This document shows positions 1-12,837 of a DNA stretch of 64,000 bases, piece by piece. Position 1 is the first letter of the stretch. Every line of letters begins with the position of its first letter. The notes beneath the pieces were generated by a model. That model ran no database searches. It saw only the letters and a list, made by a program, of their open reading frames with translations, and was not told the DNA's origin. The translations under genes were made by a program, and so were the position numbers. Source of the stretch: Vermamoeba vermiformis (Eukaryota); contig JBEWZL010000124.1 of the NCBI GenBank assembly GCA_045837725.1, positions 496,001 to 560,000 of the forward strand, given 5' to 3'.

Positions 1-194
1 GAGCGAATAAAAGAAATTGTGTGAACAGTAAAATTAGGTACCAAATACAAGATCCAACTTGACCACCAATGATGTAGAAAATCTTATGTACTATAAATTC
101 AGAAAATGATCTTCAATTTGTAAAATAAGTTTTCCTAGTTCATTAGTCTTTTTTTGTCAAAATGGTATTAAAGTTATTAATTTACTGACCGCAT

Positions 195-3041
195 TTACAA
201 CGGCAAAGAGTTGTTAGGCTTGTTGATATCAAATGAAACAAAGGCTTCAACAGCTTCGTACTCGGGCAAACCAAGCTGATCGTACAACTTGGCCGTGGCT
301 CTGTTACGTGCTTCAGCGCGCACCCAGAACTCGCGCTTGTCACCACCAGGGAACGGCGCGGTGTCTTTTTGAGATTGGTGCTTGAAGATTGCGAAGCCTG
401 CACGCGATTGGTCAGAATTTGAGAGGACAATAGAGGCGAGTAAGACTTACGCTTTTGTTCGAGTTCCTGAGGGCTCATAGGGATGGCCATTTCAATGTCC
501 TCAGGGTCCCATTCTTGCCAAGCACCGCGGTACAACCACAACTGGCAATCTTTGAACCATTCCTCGGTCTTAATGACGTGCAAGGCCTTCATGACAGCTT
601 GCAAGCAGACACGGTGAGTGCCGTGAGGATCGGACAAATCTCCGGCAGCGTAGATCTGGTGAGGCTTGACCTTGCGCAACAATTCAGCGACGATTCTGAC
701 GTCCTCTTCGCCCAAAGGCTTCTTCTTGACGGTACCAGTCTCGTAGAACGGCAATTCGCAGAAATGAATGTTTTCGGGTTGAACACCAGTGTAACGAGCG
801 GCGGATCTAGCTTCAGTAGAGCGGATCAACGACTTAATTTTGCGGATCTCAGCGCTGTCGACTTGACCAGCAGACTTGGTGTCCAAGAAATGTTCAACGC
901 CTTGTTCAATCTTTTGGAAGCCTTCAACATTGCCCATGTTGAACTGCTTGGCGAATTCAGTAGCGAAGTTAGCAAATCGGCGAACATCGTCGTCCCACAC
1001 AGCAATATCACCGCTAGTTTGGTAAGCAACGTGAACCTTGAATTAAAATGATTGGTCAGAAATCTCCGATTCAGATGCAGATCTGGTACTTACAATGTGG
1101 CCTTGTTCAACGAGACGGATCATAGTACCACCCATGCTAATAACGTCATCATCAGGGTGAGGACTGAAGATCAACACGCGCTTAGGGAAGATTTGGTTCT
1201 TGATGTTAGGGTTGACTTCAGGGTTGATGTGCTTGTAGCCCTCGAGCACGTAGTCAGTGGGAATACGAGTGGTCGTGCCGCCGAACTTGAGCTTGGGGAG
1301 CTGTTGACCGGAGTTAATAAACTCTTGGCTAGGCTTGCCTCCAGGCCAGCCGGTGATAGTGGACTTCAAGTAGCTGAACACTTTGACGTTCAACTTGTGC
1401 ACGGGGCCGTGTTTGTTCAACAAAGAGGTCAAATTAGCTTCAATGTAGTCGTCTTCAGTCAACTTCAACAAGGGCTTGTTCGTGTGCAAAGAGAGCCAAA
1501 TAACGGCACGACGCATCGTGCGCTCGTCGAAGTCTAACTGGTAGTTGCTACTGTTGCCGATCAACAACCAAGGTGACTTGATGCGGGTCAATTGTGTGGC
1601 GGCGGGCATGTCCAAGACCACTTGTGAGTTGGGGTGTTCTTGCAAAAAGCTGGCAGCTACATTGCGGTCAACTGGACCCTCAACAGCTTTCTTGACGATG
1701 TTAGCTGCGAGACACAAGACATTAGCACTGCGCTCTCGGTCCTACTATAATATCATATGCACCTACATTTGCCTTCAGAGAATGCCAGCATGAAGATCTT
1801 CTTGGCGGAGAGAATAGTGCCGACACCCATAGTAATGGCACGACGAGGAACAGCTTCCAAATTGAAGAACTACGTAACATAACGTGAGCTCATTGTAATT
1901 TAAGCTATTTAAAGGACTTACATCGCTAGCAGCATCCAAACGAGTAACTTTGTCGAGATACAACAAACGAGTAATGCTCTTGTTGCTCGATCCAGGCTCG
2001 TTGAAACCTAAAAAATGATTAGCTCGGTGCAATGATATATTAGAATACTCATTTAGCCTTACCGATGTGACCAGTCTTGCCAATACCAAGAATTTGAATG
2101 TCAATACCGCCGTACTTGACGATGTTTTGTTCGTATTCGAAGCAAAACTTTTCAACTTCCTTATCGGGCAAAGTACCGTCGGGAATGTGAATGTTCTCGC
2201 GGGGAATGTCGATGTGGTTGAACAAGTGCTCGTTCATGAATCTATAAAATATAATTATGAGACTCAATAATTCACACTAGGAACCGGATCTGGTAAACAT
2301 AACTCGAAGTAACAGTAATAGTAATATTAACTGCCAATTATTTGCAGATAGTTATTCAGCTACGCGATCCAGTAACGACTGAATTCTCGTAACATTTTTA
2401 ATTGCGCAACGGTTTGATTGCGAAAGCAAATTTAAGTATAAAGTTGTGGATACTGATTATATTAATATAATAAATTACCTGTGATAGGATTGGAGTTGAT
2501 CTGGCTTCATGGGGTAGTACTCATCCAAGTTGAAAGTGACAACCTTCTTGAAGCTCAATCCTTCCTCTTTGTGCATGCGAACGAGCTCAGCATAGACGGC
2601 TTAATATTATGCTCGTTAATATATTGACCCGCAATGCTAGTAGGAAGGTCAAAATGTCATTGGATCCCGAAATAATTTGCGTCTTTTCGACAATTAATCT
2701 TTATGGACTCATTAATCCTTGCAATTATCGTTAAATTTGTGCATTAAATTAATTGTGGCCAATTATTTAATTTAACAATTGAAGAGAGCATTTAATGGGA
2801 AAATATCGGGATTCAGGCTTGCTCGTTACATACCTGTAGGAGTTGAGCCAGTGGCAAGACCCAACACAACGTGAGGCTTAGTGGAGGTACGAATCAGATT
2901 CGCAATCTCCGTGGCGACGTATTTGCTCGCATCGGCAGCAAAAGTGAAAATGTGAGTAGTGATTCTCTCCTTTTGACGCAACTCGCCAGGTACGTTTACA
3001 ACGCCATTAGCCTCCAAAGTGATGTTAGGGTATTCGGACAT
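195..3041 (-). CDS. nagB: Glucosamine-6-phosphate deaminase fused to C-terminal PIG-L/LmbE deacetylase-like domain (long NagB form), multi-exon
   Basis: Spliced exons give [42 protein letters not shown] and AITMGVGTI (NagB), then FSPHPDDDVISMGGT and DLSDPHGTHRVC (PIG-L), ending AIFKHQSQKD...EAVEAF..LPL*. Confidence 0.93.
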
Positions 3042-3647
3042 TTTATCTTGCTGTTGCGTGGTCGTGCGATCGAGCAAACAAAAATAATGAGATCGCAACG
3101 GAAAATCAGTATTACTTGAAAAAAATGTCGCAACAACAAGAGGAGCCCGAGAAAGACTCGATTGAATATATTCGCAATAATCAATGTCGTGCAATTTATG
3201 AACGTGCAACAGTTTGTATGCAACAACAAGACACATCCGAAGAATGTCGGAGGGCTGGAGATGAATTGTTTGTTTGCATCGGTAAAATTAAGTACGTATT
3301 TTATGAAGCATGATCCCAAATATTTGAGCTTTTGAAAATGAGTTCAGCTCGGGATCTGGTTTGATCACGCGTATTTACGCATTCTATTCAAACAGATTCC
3401 CTTCTTCATACAAAAATCTAGAAAATTGTCGCAACAAATACAATATACAGAGCAATATTAGTTTAGCGCGTGCAGATACGCTTTCACCTTGCTATTTAGC
3501 AACTGAAGCTCTACGAAATGCCTATTTATCAGAGGTTACGCGAGTTAAAGAAGATTATTCTACAGAAAGGATCCCTCTCAAACTACGATCGGATTTCCGG
3601 CAAGACAAATAAAGCGGATGTGGTTAAAAAACGTTGCTACTACTACA

Positions 3648-4941
3648 CTACAAATACATAATATTCAGCAACAATAGCCACACCATGGAGCCAACGACAG
3701 CTACTGTTAATGACGATGCACCACTGCCATAGACGTTCGGACTCAAGGTAACAAATGGTACTGAAATTACCGAGTCAGGATTGGTATTACTTGCAGGGGT
3801 CAATGGCTTGGGCGAACTAACTGGCGTTTGCTGCTCACTAGGAGTCGCGGGCTCTACTTGTGCAGGAGGCATCATGTCCACTCCAACAATTTGGTTGAAA
3901 CTGAAGGCTGTGTCTGCGCGCACGATGAACTTGCCAGTCACGTTGACATTACTATAACGGGCAATGGAGCCAATGCCTCGTGTGCCACTGAACATGAACT
4001 CTGCAGCACTGCCAGTCTCGCCCGTGGTAATGTCAAAGTGTTTCAATCCAGCGCGTGCGTAAGACCCTGAAGCCAGTACCCAACGAAGCTCTGCACACAG
4101 GTCAACATCCTTGTCCGTAGTATAGGATAGCATATAGCACTTACGCGCATAGTGGTACATGACATAGGTCTGTTGTGCGTTCCATACGATAACGATCTGG
4201 AATGTGTTGAGGGGATCCACACTGGGTGTTCTCGAGTACTTGGACACACGCCACCAAGTACAAGAAATGACAAACTCGCCTGTGAATGTCTTCTCGGACC
4301 CGTCTCCAAGCCCAGTGCGTGGATACAACGTTCGTACCTCTTCAGTGGCACGGTTGACAATGGTTGCATCGGCCGTTGCTCCGAACCAGATCTTGTTACT
4401 TTCATTCGGTATAGCCGTGGTTGTATCGACGTCTATACCATAGTTATTATATATCCTGACACCCGAAAGAAAATGCGCGCATGTATTACCTGCCCAGAAT
4501 GCAGCAATGAGAGGCAGCGGCGATGAATTGTTGAGCAACGAGTAACTCGTGCCAGTTGGAAAATAGCTGGTAAAACTGGCCAAACCATTCGAAGTGAAGA
4601 ATATAGTATTGTAGTTGACATCAAAGAATCTATATCTGTTAGTGTCTTGTTAGATTTGTTTGTGACTTACCTCAGGTTGACTCCAAAATAAAAGCTAACA
4701 CCAGCATCATCAGTGTCCATTAAATTGGTAAAATTGAAATCTCCGGTACCATATGGATAGAATTGTGTCGTAGGATACCCTATTGCATTGGTACAACTAT
4801 CAAAATGTCAGTTTATGTGACTCGAGGGGATGTGGTGGCGTACTTACATCGCTTGATTGTATGAGCAAACTTGAGTCGCGTTGCATATGTAGTCCGCGTT
4901 ACATGGTTGTTGTGCTCGAACAAAACTTGAGATAGAAGCAT
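3648..4941 (-). CDS. NIDO-domain cell-surface protein with Pro/Ser/Thr stalk and hydrophobic (GPI-like) C-terminus; 5' end uncertain
   Basis: Spliced FYPYG..DD..RFFDVNYNTIFFTSNGLASF, LIAAFW, NTFQIVI, TYVMYHY and SNVNVTGKF match the NIDO pattern; tail LTVAVVGSMVWLLLLNIMYL. Confidence 0.75.
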
Positions 4942-5441
4942 TAGTGAACCGGAAATAGGCTTGAAATTCAATAGTTTAGCATTGCTAAAAAATATTAGAT
5001 ATTATAACAACATGATGTTAATTGATACGAATGCCTCCTATTAAATATTATTTAAATTAACCGATTTGTGTCCGTGTTCGTTAAAACAATTTGTTGTGTT
5101 CGATCCACGGCCGCGGAAATCTTGATTCTGAAGATGAATATTGCATTTAGCCTACCTTGAATATATTACGCATGATAAAATAATTTGAATGAATCTCCAC
5201 TGAAGTGTCATTTTCGAAACTAAATTGTTTTCTGAAGTTGAAAATTTAACAAACAGCACGGTACGGCTTTATTTCATGAATACCGCAGCTGTGGTAATGC
5301 TAGTAAAAGCAAGCCTGTCAATGACCCGCAAATCTTGACGTAGATTATTCCCGCGGCTAAAAATAACTAACAATTCTGAAATTAATCTCTTACCTCGTTC
5401 AACTGAAGCACAACCATGGACAATTAAACTGCAAGTTAGAT

Positions 5442-7435
5442 ATGGCGCTATTTCAGAAAGGTTTTCAAAACTACTTACAAGACGAAGCGTACGCGGATGT
5501 ACATATCACCATCAACGGCGACAAGACGTACAAAGCACATCGTATAATATTAAGTTACCATTCGGAGTATTTTCTTGAACAGTTTAAGATTAAAGAACAA
5601 GAAATACTGGCTCAATATGCCAATCCAAAACCATCTGGAAAAATGACGAACAAAAATCGGAAAAAAATGCAGAGCAGCCTGTAAATATTAAGAAGCCTAT
5701 ATTAGTTGGCCTCATCGAATTAGACCTGCAGTTAGACGAGGTCATGAGCAAGCATTTTCCAATTGCCTTGAAATACATGTACGGCGATGATATTGACTTA
5801 ACTCCTGTAAGTACATATAGGAGATATATTATTATTGAATATATCTATCAAATTCCATTGAATTTGAACCAGATCTAAACTGACTGACAACTGACAGGAA
5901 CTTGCAATTCCTTTGTTCGCTGTAGCCGCGAAGTTAAAAATTCAATCACTCAAAGAAAAGGTCGACAGCTATTTAAATTCTACTATTACACGAGACACAG
6001 CGTTAATAGTGCTGAAGGTAAATACTACTAATGAATTCCAAATGGATCTCATATTCTAACCTTCGCATTACTTAGCAAGCAATAGAACTCACTTTAACTG
6101 ATGTTCTTGATCGCTGTGTATATGTTATCGCGAGAAATTTCCAACAATTAATCGACGAGCAGAAGTTGGATGTGAACTGGTTGCCTTATCACATCTTTTT
6201 AGCCTTTTTAAAGCACGGCAGTTTGTGCGTGACGACTGAATTCACTATTTATAAGGTCATTAGGTAAAATAATTATATTATTCAGACGTTAAGCTCGTAC
6301 TAATATTTTTTAGGGATTATCTTCTGTTTGAAGATCGGCACAAACAGTTCACTGAAAGTCAAAAGCACGATCTGTTCGAGACCGTTCGATTGCCTTATTT
6401 GGCATTCAACGAGCTCGAAACTGTCGTGAAAGAACGATTAGTGCCGGAAGAACTATTGGCCGAAGCAGTCATGTTCAGATTAAGTACGATAACGTACAGT
6501 TAGTGTTCAGTGAGAGATATTAATTTCCTTATTTAGGTATGTACGAGAATCCCAATCGCGTGTCCAAGTCAGAAGAATTGCCCACAAGACTGACTGAGCG
6601 TGCACAAATGGGGCGTGTGTTTGAGTACTCGTCGGACTTTGACGAGAACGGCGTGATTCATTATTTGGGCACAGGAGGGCGTAAAAATGAATGGAAAAAT
6701 CCCGCGCTGACTGGTATGAAGCTTTGCAGAAATAATTTTGGAAACTCAATCCATTAACCGACCGTACTTCAGGTGCTGTGAAAGTTACCGCATCATCGAT
6801 TGAAAAAGGCAAGGAGATTTATATCGTGGATAAGACGCCTAAAGAAGTGTGGACAAAAGAAATTCCGTCGTCGTGGTTTGCAATCGATTTAAGGTACGCA
6901 AAGTGACACGTGTCAAGTGACCATTTCTAACCGCTTTACATCATCTCAGAAAAGGCAAGTCATTGTTGCCCACTTATTATACACTGAGGCACGGTGCCAA
7001 CTCTAAGATGGACTGTCTCCGCTCGTGGGTCCTGCAAGGCTCTGATGACGGCAGCACGTGGGAAGTACTGTCGCGACATCAAAACGATCAGTCTTTCAAC
7101 AGTGGATTTGCGACTAAGACGTTTAAAATCGATACTACGAACATCAATAAGCCTTATAGAATGTTCAGAATATTGCAGACTGGTCATAACTCAGGGTAAG
7201 TAAAAATCGTTACGCGGCGGCTGGATCTGACCCTTCTTGTCAAAGAATGAACAACTTCTTAGCGATATCGGGCATTGAGTTCTACGGTGACCTATATGAA
7301 AGCGTTGATAAGAAGAGACCTGCAACGATTCAATTAGGCCCTTCAGCCGCCTTACCAACGACAATTTCGAACATTATAAGTGCTTCGACTGTACCTCCTG
7401 CTGTAACCGTGATATCGTCTAGCGTCAAAAAATAA
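5442..7435 (+). CDS. BTB/POZ-BACK protein with C-terminal F5/8 type C (discoidin, HECTD1-like) domain, multi-exon; apparent frameshift in an A-run near 5640
   Basis: YADVHITI..YKAHRIILSYHSEYF (BTB); BACK-like exons; DFDENGVIHYLGT, WKNPA, YYTLRHG, LRSWVLQGSDDGSTW and ISGIEFYG. Confidence 0.88.
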
Positions 7436-7573
7436 CGCATAGCAAGCTTGTATATTAATAAATCATGTATTATATATTTTTAAAAGCAGCTAACGGCGTT
7501 CTTTGAAGCACGTGACTTGCAATTTTATGATTCGAAAATTGAAGTTGTTACTCACTTAGATTAAGCTGCCATC

Positions 7574-8960
7574 ATGGAAAAGAATGATAGTAATACTCAC
7601 AATGATAGTTACGAAGATAAGGAAAAGAGTGAAGCGCCAGTCGATACACAATATGAAATGATAAAATACAAAAATCAGTATGCTATTGAAACTTGGTACG
7701 AGAGCATCAAACAGTACACTTATAAGACGGAGTTCTTGGAATTATCACAAGAAGAATGTAGAGCAATTGTTAACTGGTATAATGACCACATCCGAGCCGC
7801 TAAGTTAAAAAAAGAAATTGTTGACAATGAAAGCGATCAGAAAATACTAGAAAAATTAAAAGAGAGGATAGATGATAAAATTAAAGCATTGGAAGCAAGT
7901 AAGCATCGATGCCAATTTTTAAATAATTATTTTTACTAAACTTGAATTTTTAGAGGATGGATTCTTTTTCAAACTATCAACACGCAGTCCAAAAGACTCT
8001 ATAATGGCAAGTAATAAGCTGCGCGATATAATGGCAGAACAACTGAAGCTACATCCACCAAAAAATGAAAACGATGAAGTAGTGCTGTATTTAGACTGCA
8101 TGATTCGAGCTTTCCGAGTGCAAAGTGCCGATGAGGTACGTCAACACTATGATTTATTTGTATTCTAACCTCTCGATCTCAAGGTAATCGAGTTTCTAAT
8201 CAAGAGTGAGCGCGTGTACACGGATCTGGACAGATGGCTTTCTTATCCTGATAAACTAGCGCCAATCAATTTGATATTCAGAGAATACGACAAAAATATT
8301 AGATCACATATGGAGTAAGTAGTTGCAAGGGCATCAATAACGATCTTACTTGTTGCTTTCAGGTTTCGTGGATTCGTTCATAAAAAGAAACTAACAGCGG
8401 TGTCACAATATTATGACACGGTATATTATGAAGACCTCGTTAAGAATAAGGCAAGTGCTCTATAATTATGCATATTGAAGATGTAACTAACGATTGGTAG
8501 GACCAAGTACAACAGCGGATCCAGCATTACTTCGCGACCACTATTTGTCCGCTAATTGCAATGGACAATTATGTCATTGATTTTGTAGTATACGACCACG
8601 ATGATAATAATGGTCTCATATCATATGATGACCAAATAGTCACAGACAATATCATAGTCATCGAGTTAAATCCGTGGGCTAAAACTACAGGTAAAGACAC
8701 CTTGATACGCGTTCTAATTATTTGTCTAACAGTATTGAATAGGAGCATCAATGTTTTCATGGTACGAACAGAGCGATGTGAGGATATTGAACGGCGAGGC
8801 ACCGTTTGAGTTACGCATTCGCACGGAGCCAATTCCGAATGTGTTGAAAGAACTCTTCCCTGACATTCAACAATTGATTAACGAGGCTGAAGAAAAGAGC
8901 GGTGTCAAAGCTAAGCACAGCGACAAGAAGAAGGACAAAAAAGATTGTCTTGTCATGTAA
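7574..8960 (+). CDS. CDC123/D123-like (R2K clade) ATP-grasp protein with polybasic-CaaX C-terminus, multi-exon
   Basis: Spliced motifs IETWY, FFKLSTRSPKD, SERVYTDL, EFRGFVHKKKLTAVSQYY, YVIDF and VIELNPW; ends KKKDKKDCLVM*. Confidence 0.82.
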
Positions 8961-9147
8961 AGGTAACTGTAACTACATTCAACTCACCCTAGTACTAACA
9001 CTTTTTTGGGTAGTAATAAAGTGTATTGTAGTACTCATTCATTTTATACTTCACCACGAGTACAACATCTGATTTGGTATGGTGCTTCGATCCGTGGCAA
9101 GGAACTGGTAGTCGAAGTAAGACTTAAATGTTTATTTCAATCCTCTC

Positions 9148-10793
9148 TTACAAGATCTGCAACAAAACAAGCACAAAGACTAAGAGCATCACGCTAGTGA
9201 TAGATACCGCACTGGAAGAGATGCGAGTGGATGGCGAAGATGACGGAGAGTTAGGTCGTAGGAACTGGATCCGCTTGGTGCATCAACTGATGGCTGGTAC
9301 TGGTACACTTGCGCAGGCATTTGGTTGCCCAACAACTCCCAAATATACGATGTTAGAGTGATCTCATTGATGCCGTCTAGTTGTTTGCCAGAGGAACAAA
9401 ATCCACGCGTGACAGATTGACACATCTCAGCTTTGATTCGATCTTCATTCGGCCACGGCCACAAGGGCGTCGTCGTCAAAGCCTCGTAATTACTATCTCC
9501 GTAGCGAGATCCGTCGGTTCCATAGCGATACACAACATTCGCTCCAACATCACCGCCGTCGAAACCAGATCCCTTCAAGAACGATCCGTCTTCAATGCGC
9601 ACGATGTATTTGAGTGCAACAGGCGAGCTCTTAGTCGGGTCAGTAGTAGTCACACCGACAGTTGCAGTTTGTTGATTGAAGTCGCTTTCACCAGATCCAA
9701 ATACATTGACGTAACTCGGCGTGAACTTCGAATTGATGCCGTATCGACCAGCGCGATAAGCAAGGATATTACGAACTTCTCCTGAAGTGATTGAATCGTC
9801 TGGAGCCACTCTGACGCCATCAGCAGTAGCATTGAATGCCGTCAGACTTTGATACAATATGTTGGAGCCCATGCGCGCAATATTAAAGCCAGTGTCAGAG
9901 GAGCTGAATGCAATGCTGTTGATGACTGTGAACGTCGGGTCCAAGATATTGTCTGGCTCGAGGTAGAAGCCTGCGTCAGGCGCATTGACGGAGATACATC
10001 CGAGCCACTTGTTTCGACCGTTGTACCAATTGACGTCAGCAGTGTGCTGGGCTGCTGCGAAGTCCGCGTAAGGCTCTGCACCTGGTGCTAAGACGCGGTC
10101 AACGACAACCACGTTCTCAATGGAACAGTCGTGCGAGTCATAGACGGTGAAGCCGACATTAGGATTGCCACTGCCCATGCACTCGTTGACGACGTCACAT
10201 CCATCGCCACGCACTACAACACGGCGCCACACATTGTGATTGGCGCGGTAATTCCCAGAAATGACTCGTCGATTCGTGCCCCAGATCCAGCAATCTTCAA
10301 CCAAGTTGTATTGATTGTCGTCTTGATGGTCATTCGTGCCAATCCAAAAACTGCCGTTGAAGCCACAGTCTTTCACCGTGCAATAATCACAGTTGTAGAT
10401 CTCACTGTTGCCAAGAAACGTGATGCCTTGGACTACGATATGCGTGTCCTTTCTCGTTGAACGACCGATGAAGAGCCCCCCGTCAACGAATACAGAGCCA
10501 GGGTGTTGTGCACGAACGACTGTCGGCGCTGCTTGCGTTCCTGAAGGAGGTTGAGCGGATGCAGTGCCATCCCACGTAATCAAGCCCGTGCCCGCTGCTT
10601 CGGAGTAAGTTCCGTCCATCAATAACAATTCGTCGCCACCAGTCATCGAGCCAAATGCTTTTTCGAAGGATTTCCAAGGCGAAGAAGATGATTGACCGTT
10701 ATTGTTGTCAGATCCCGTTGGCGAGATGTAATAGGTGGTGCCGCCCAAGGCTGAGTAAGTAACCAACGCCAATAGAAATAATATTTTAATCAT
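9148..10793 (-). CDS. Secreted right-handed parallel beta-helix (pectate-lyase-like) protein, intronless, probable GPI tail after a frameshift near 9260
   Basis: Signal peptide MIKILFLLALVTYSALG; TYYISPTGSDNNNGQSSSSPWKS..GGDELLLMDGTY; a shifted frame gives ...SSSAVSITSVMLLVFVLVLLQIL* ending at 9148. Confidence 0.8.
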
Positions 10794-11945
10794 GACTCGA
10801 ACAATTGTGGCGTTCAATGTCAATTTTAAGTGAAAATGAATCAAATCAATGTCAAAAGTCCTGTCGTATGCAACAATTCAAAAGAGGACTTTTTCAAAGT
10901 CCAGATTCTCTTTTAGTATCCTAATATATGCTGCAAACTGATCTAGCATACAATATTACAAATTTCCATCAATGAAATAACTTAAATTCGCCTCGTTAAC
11001 GTCAGTAACCGAATCTTACGAAAATCAAATCTTCAGCATTTTCCGTTGTTTTAAGGTGCTACTAACAATGAAAAACAACGTCGAGTGGCTAATAATATTT
11101 AACATAGCCCTTCTGAATTTGCCAAGGGTGACCGCAGATCCGATCGTAACTTGACTTCAACAAAGTATTCGATGAACCGTACTTTCAATGGCTCGCTGGT
11201 GGTGGTTGGCCAATACGTACGTCGACAATAATATTGTTATTATGTTGTTAAATGGTCATTATTTTATTGCCTGCAGATTAATATATTAACTGACAAAATT
11301 TTTTTGGTATTTTTTCCGGGAACAAAAACCCGTTTCAGCAATTCCTGGCGCTACTCCAGTCGCCATGGATACGTTGACTAAGGCACTAGTGTTATCATAC
11401 ACTCAATGGACTGGCTTCAAACAGATTTTAGGGGGCATGTGCAACACGACGGATCTGGTCGGAGTTTGTACCCGCATAGTTGGCCACATGTTGTTCGATG
11501 GAACGTGCTTTCATATGACCGCAGATGACATCGCTCATCAGCTAGTGTAGCGTACACAACAATTGTACGGTGGTCCAATCGATCGAACGAAAACGGCATG
11601 TGTAACTTGTTGCCAACATTGTCGGCAAATGTGACGCATCGGGTACAAGCCGCTACTTCATTGATAGTTTACAATAATAGATTTCGGAGAGCATATCAAG
11701 TGGCTAAATGATTGTACGACGCGTTACTGAAGATTGAGTGATCGCATTGGTGCTGAGTCGTACTCAACCGGAATTAAGGTAGCAGAAGAATTTTCGGGGA
11801 TGTTTTTTTTTTTTTTTACCCGGGTTGGGTGGTCAGCCCCTACCCGGCACTATAAACGCCACAGTTTGGTGGTTTGTAGTTGAGTTGAATAATTGACAAG
11901 GACCGCGAGAGCGATTTCCGTCACGAAAGGGCTCCGTTTCCTCTA

Positions 11946-11997
11946 TCACGTGGTTGCTGTCAAATACTGCAAAGTTCATCACGTGGTTTTGCACGTG
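11946..11997. promoter_or_regulatory. Cluster of three CACGTGGTT E-box motifs upstream of a small ORF
   Basis: CACGTG at 11947, 11980 and 11992, each followed by GTT; TATAAA at 11851. Confidence 0.45.
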
Positions 11998-12088
11998 GTT
12001 TTTCTGTCCGCTGGAATACGCACCCTTTAAAATTTTCTTTTTTTCCAATTCCAACAGTAAGAACAAACAATTCAAAGAAGAACTAGCA

Positions 12089-12199
12089 ATGCCAGAGTGG
12101 GACGATATTTCGACAGTTCAAAGCTCCGAAAGTGGTTTTGCTCCTCCAATCATAAATCCCGACGACATCAACTTCCCTGTGTTTACTTTGCCAAACTAG
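12089..12199 (+). CDS. Putative 36-aa acidic micropeptide MPEWDDISTVQSSESGFAPPIINPDDINFPVFTLPN
   Basis: A/C-rich leader (aacaaacaattcaaagaagaactagcaATG), upstream E-boxes and a downstream AATAAA; no homology recognised. Confidence 0.3.
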   Translation: MPEWDDISTVQSSESGFAPPIINPDDINFPVFTLPN

Positions 12200-12837
12200 A
12201 TGCAGTACGTTTGCACTACGCGCAACAAAGAAAGTAAATCTCGTGGCCTTACGAATACTTAGATTTTTTCGTTGTACTGAGCAAATAAACTGCCCCGTTT
12301 ACGGATTGTGTATCCATTCATTAGTTAGATATCAATCTCATTCATCATTCATATCAAGAAGGCGTGACGAACGTCATTATTGAGTACAATTTATTTGTCC
12401 GTACGCCCAATTTAATCGCTCTCTCTCTTAATAAGCTAACAAAGGTTACCGTGAGCTCGTGGCAAATAAAAAATATTAAATTGTGAAATTTCCAAACTCT
12501 AAAGGCGAATAGTCAATTTTTTTAAATGCCACTAGTTTATCGCAAATAGTGTCATATTATTTATTAATATCAGGAAAATAGTATTTTGAAATCAGATCTG
12601 GATCTCTTTTGAGAACGAAAAACCTTATTATTTTCTTGTTGTGCCCTTCTTCTTTCGCAAATGGAGAGCGGCCTGGTTGATTGCCGTGATTGTAATTGTG
12701 CCTATTGCAATGGCAGCGGCAACTCCTTGGCGATTGTGTTTGGACGTACAAGTCAATACAACGACGTGCTAACTTGACATAAACGTGATTCTTTTTCGTC
12801 CTTATGAAATATGACTGAAGGTTGAATGTTTATTAAT

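Noticed and set aside
11340-11770. GC-richer stretch with short ORFs on both strands
   Set aside because: No coherent frame, splice pattern or recognisable motif; at most a decayed fragment.
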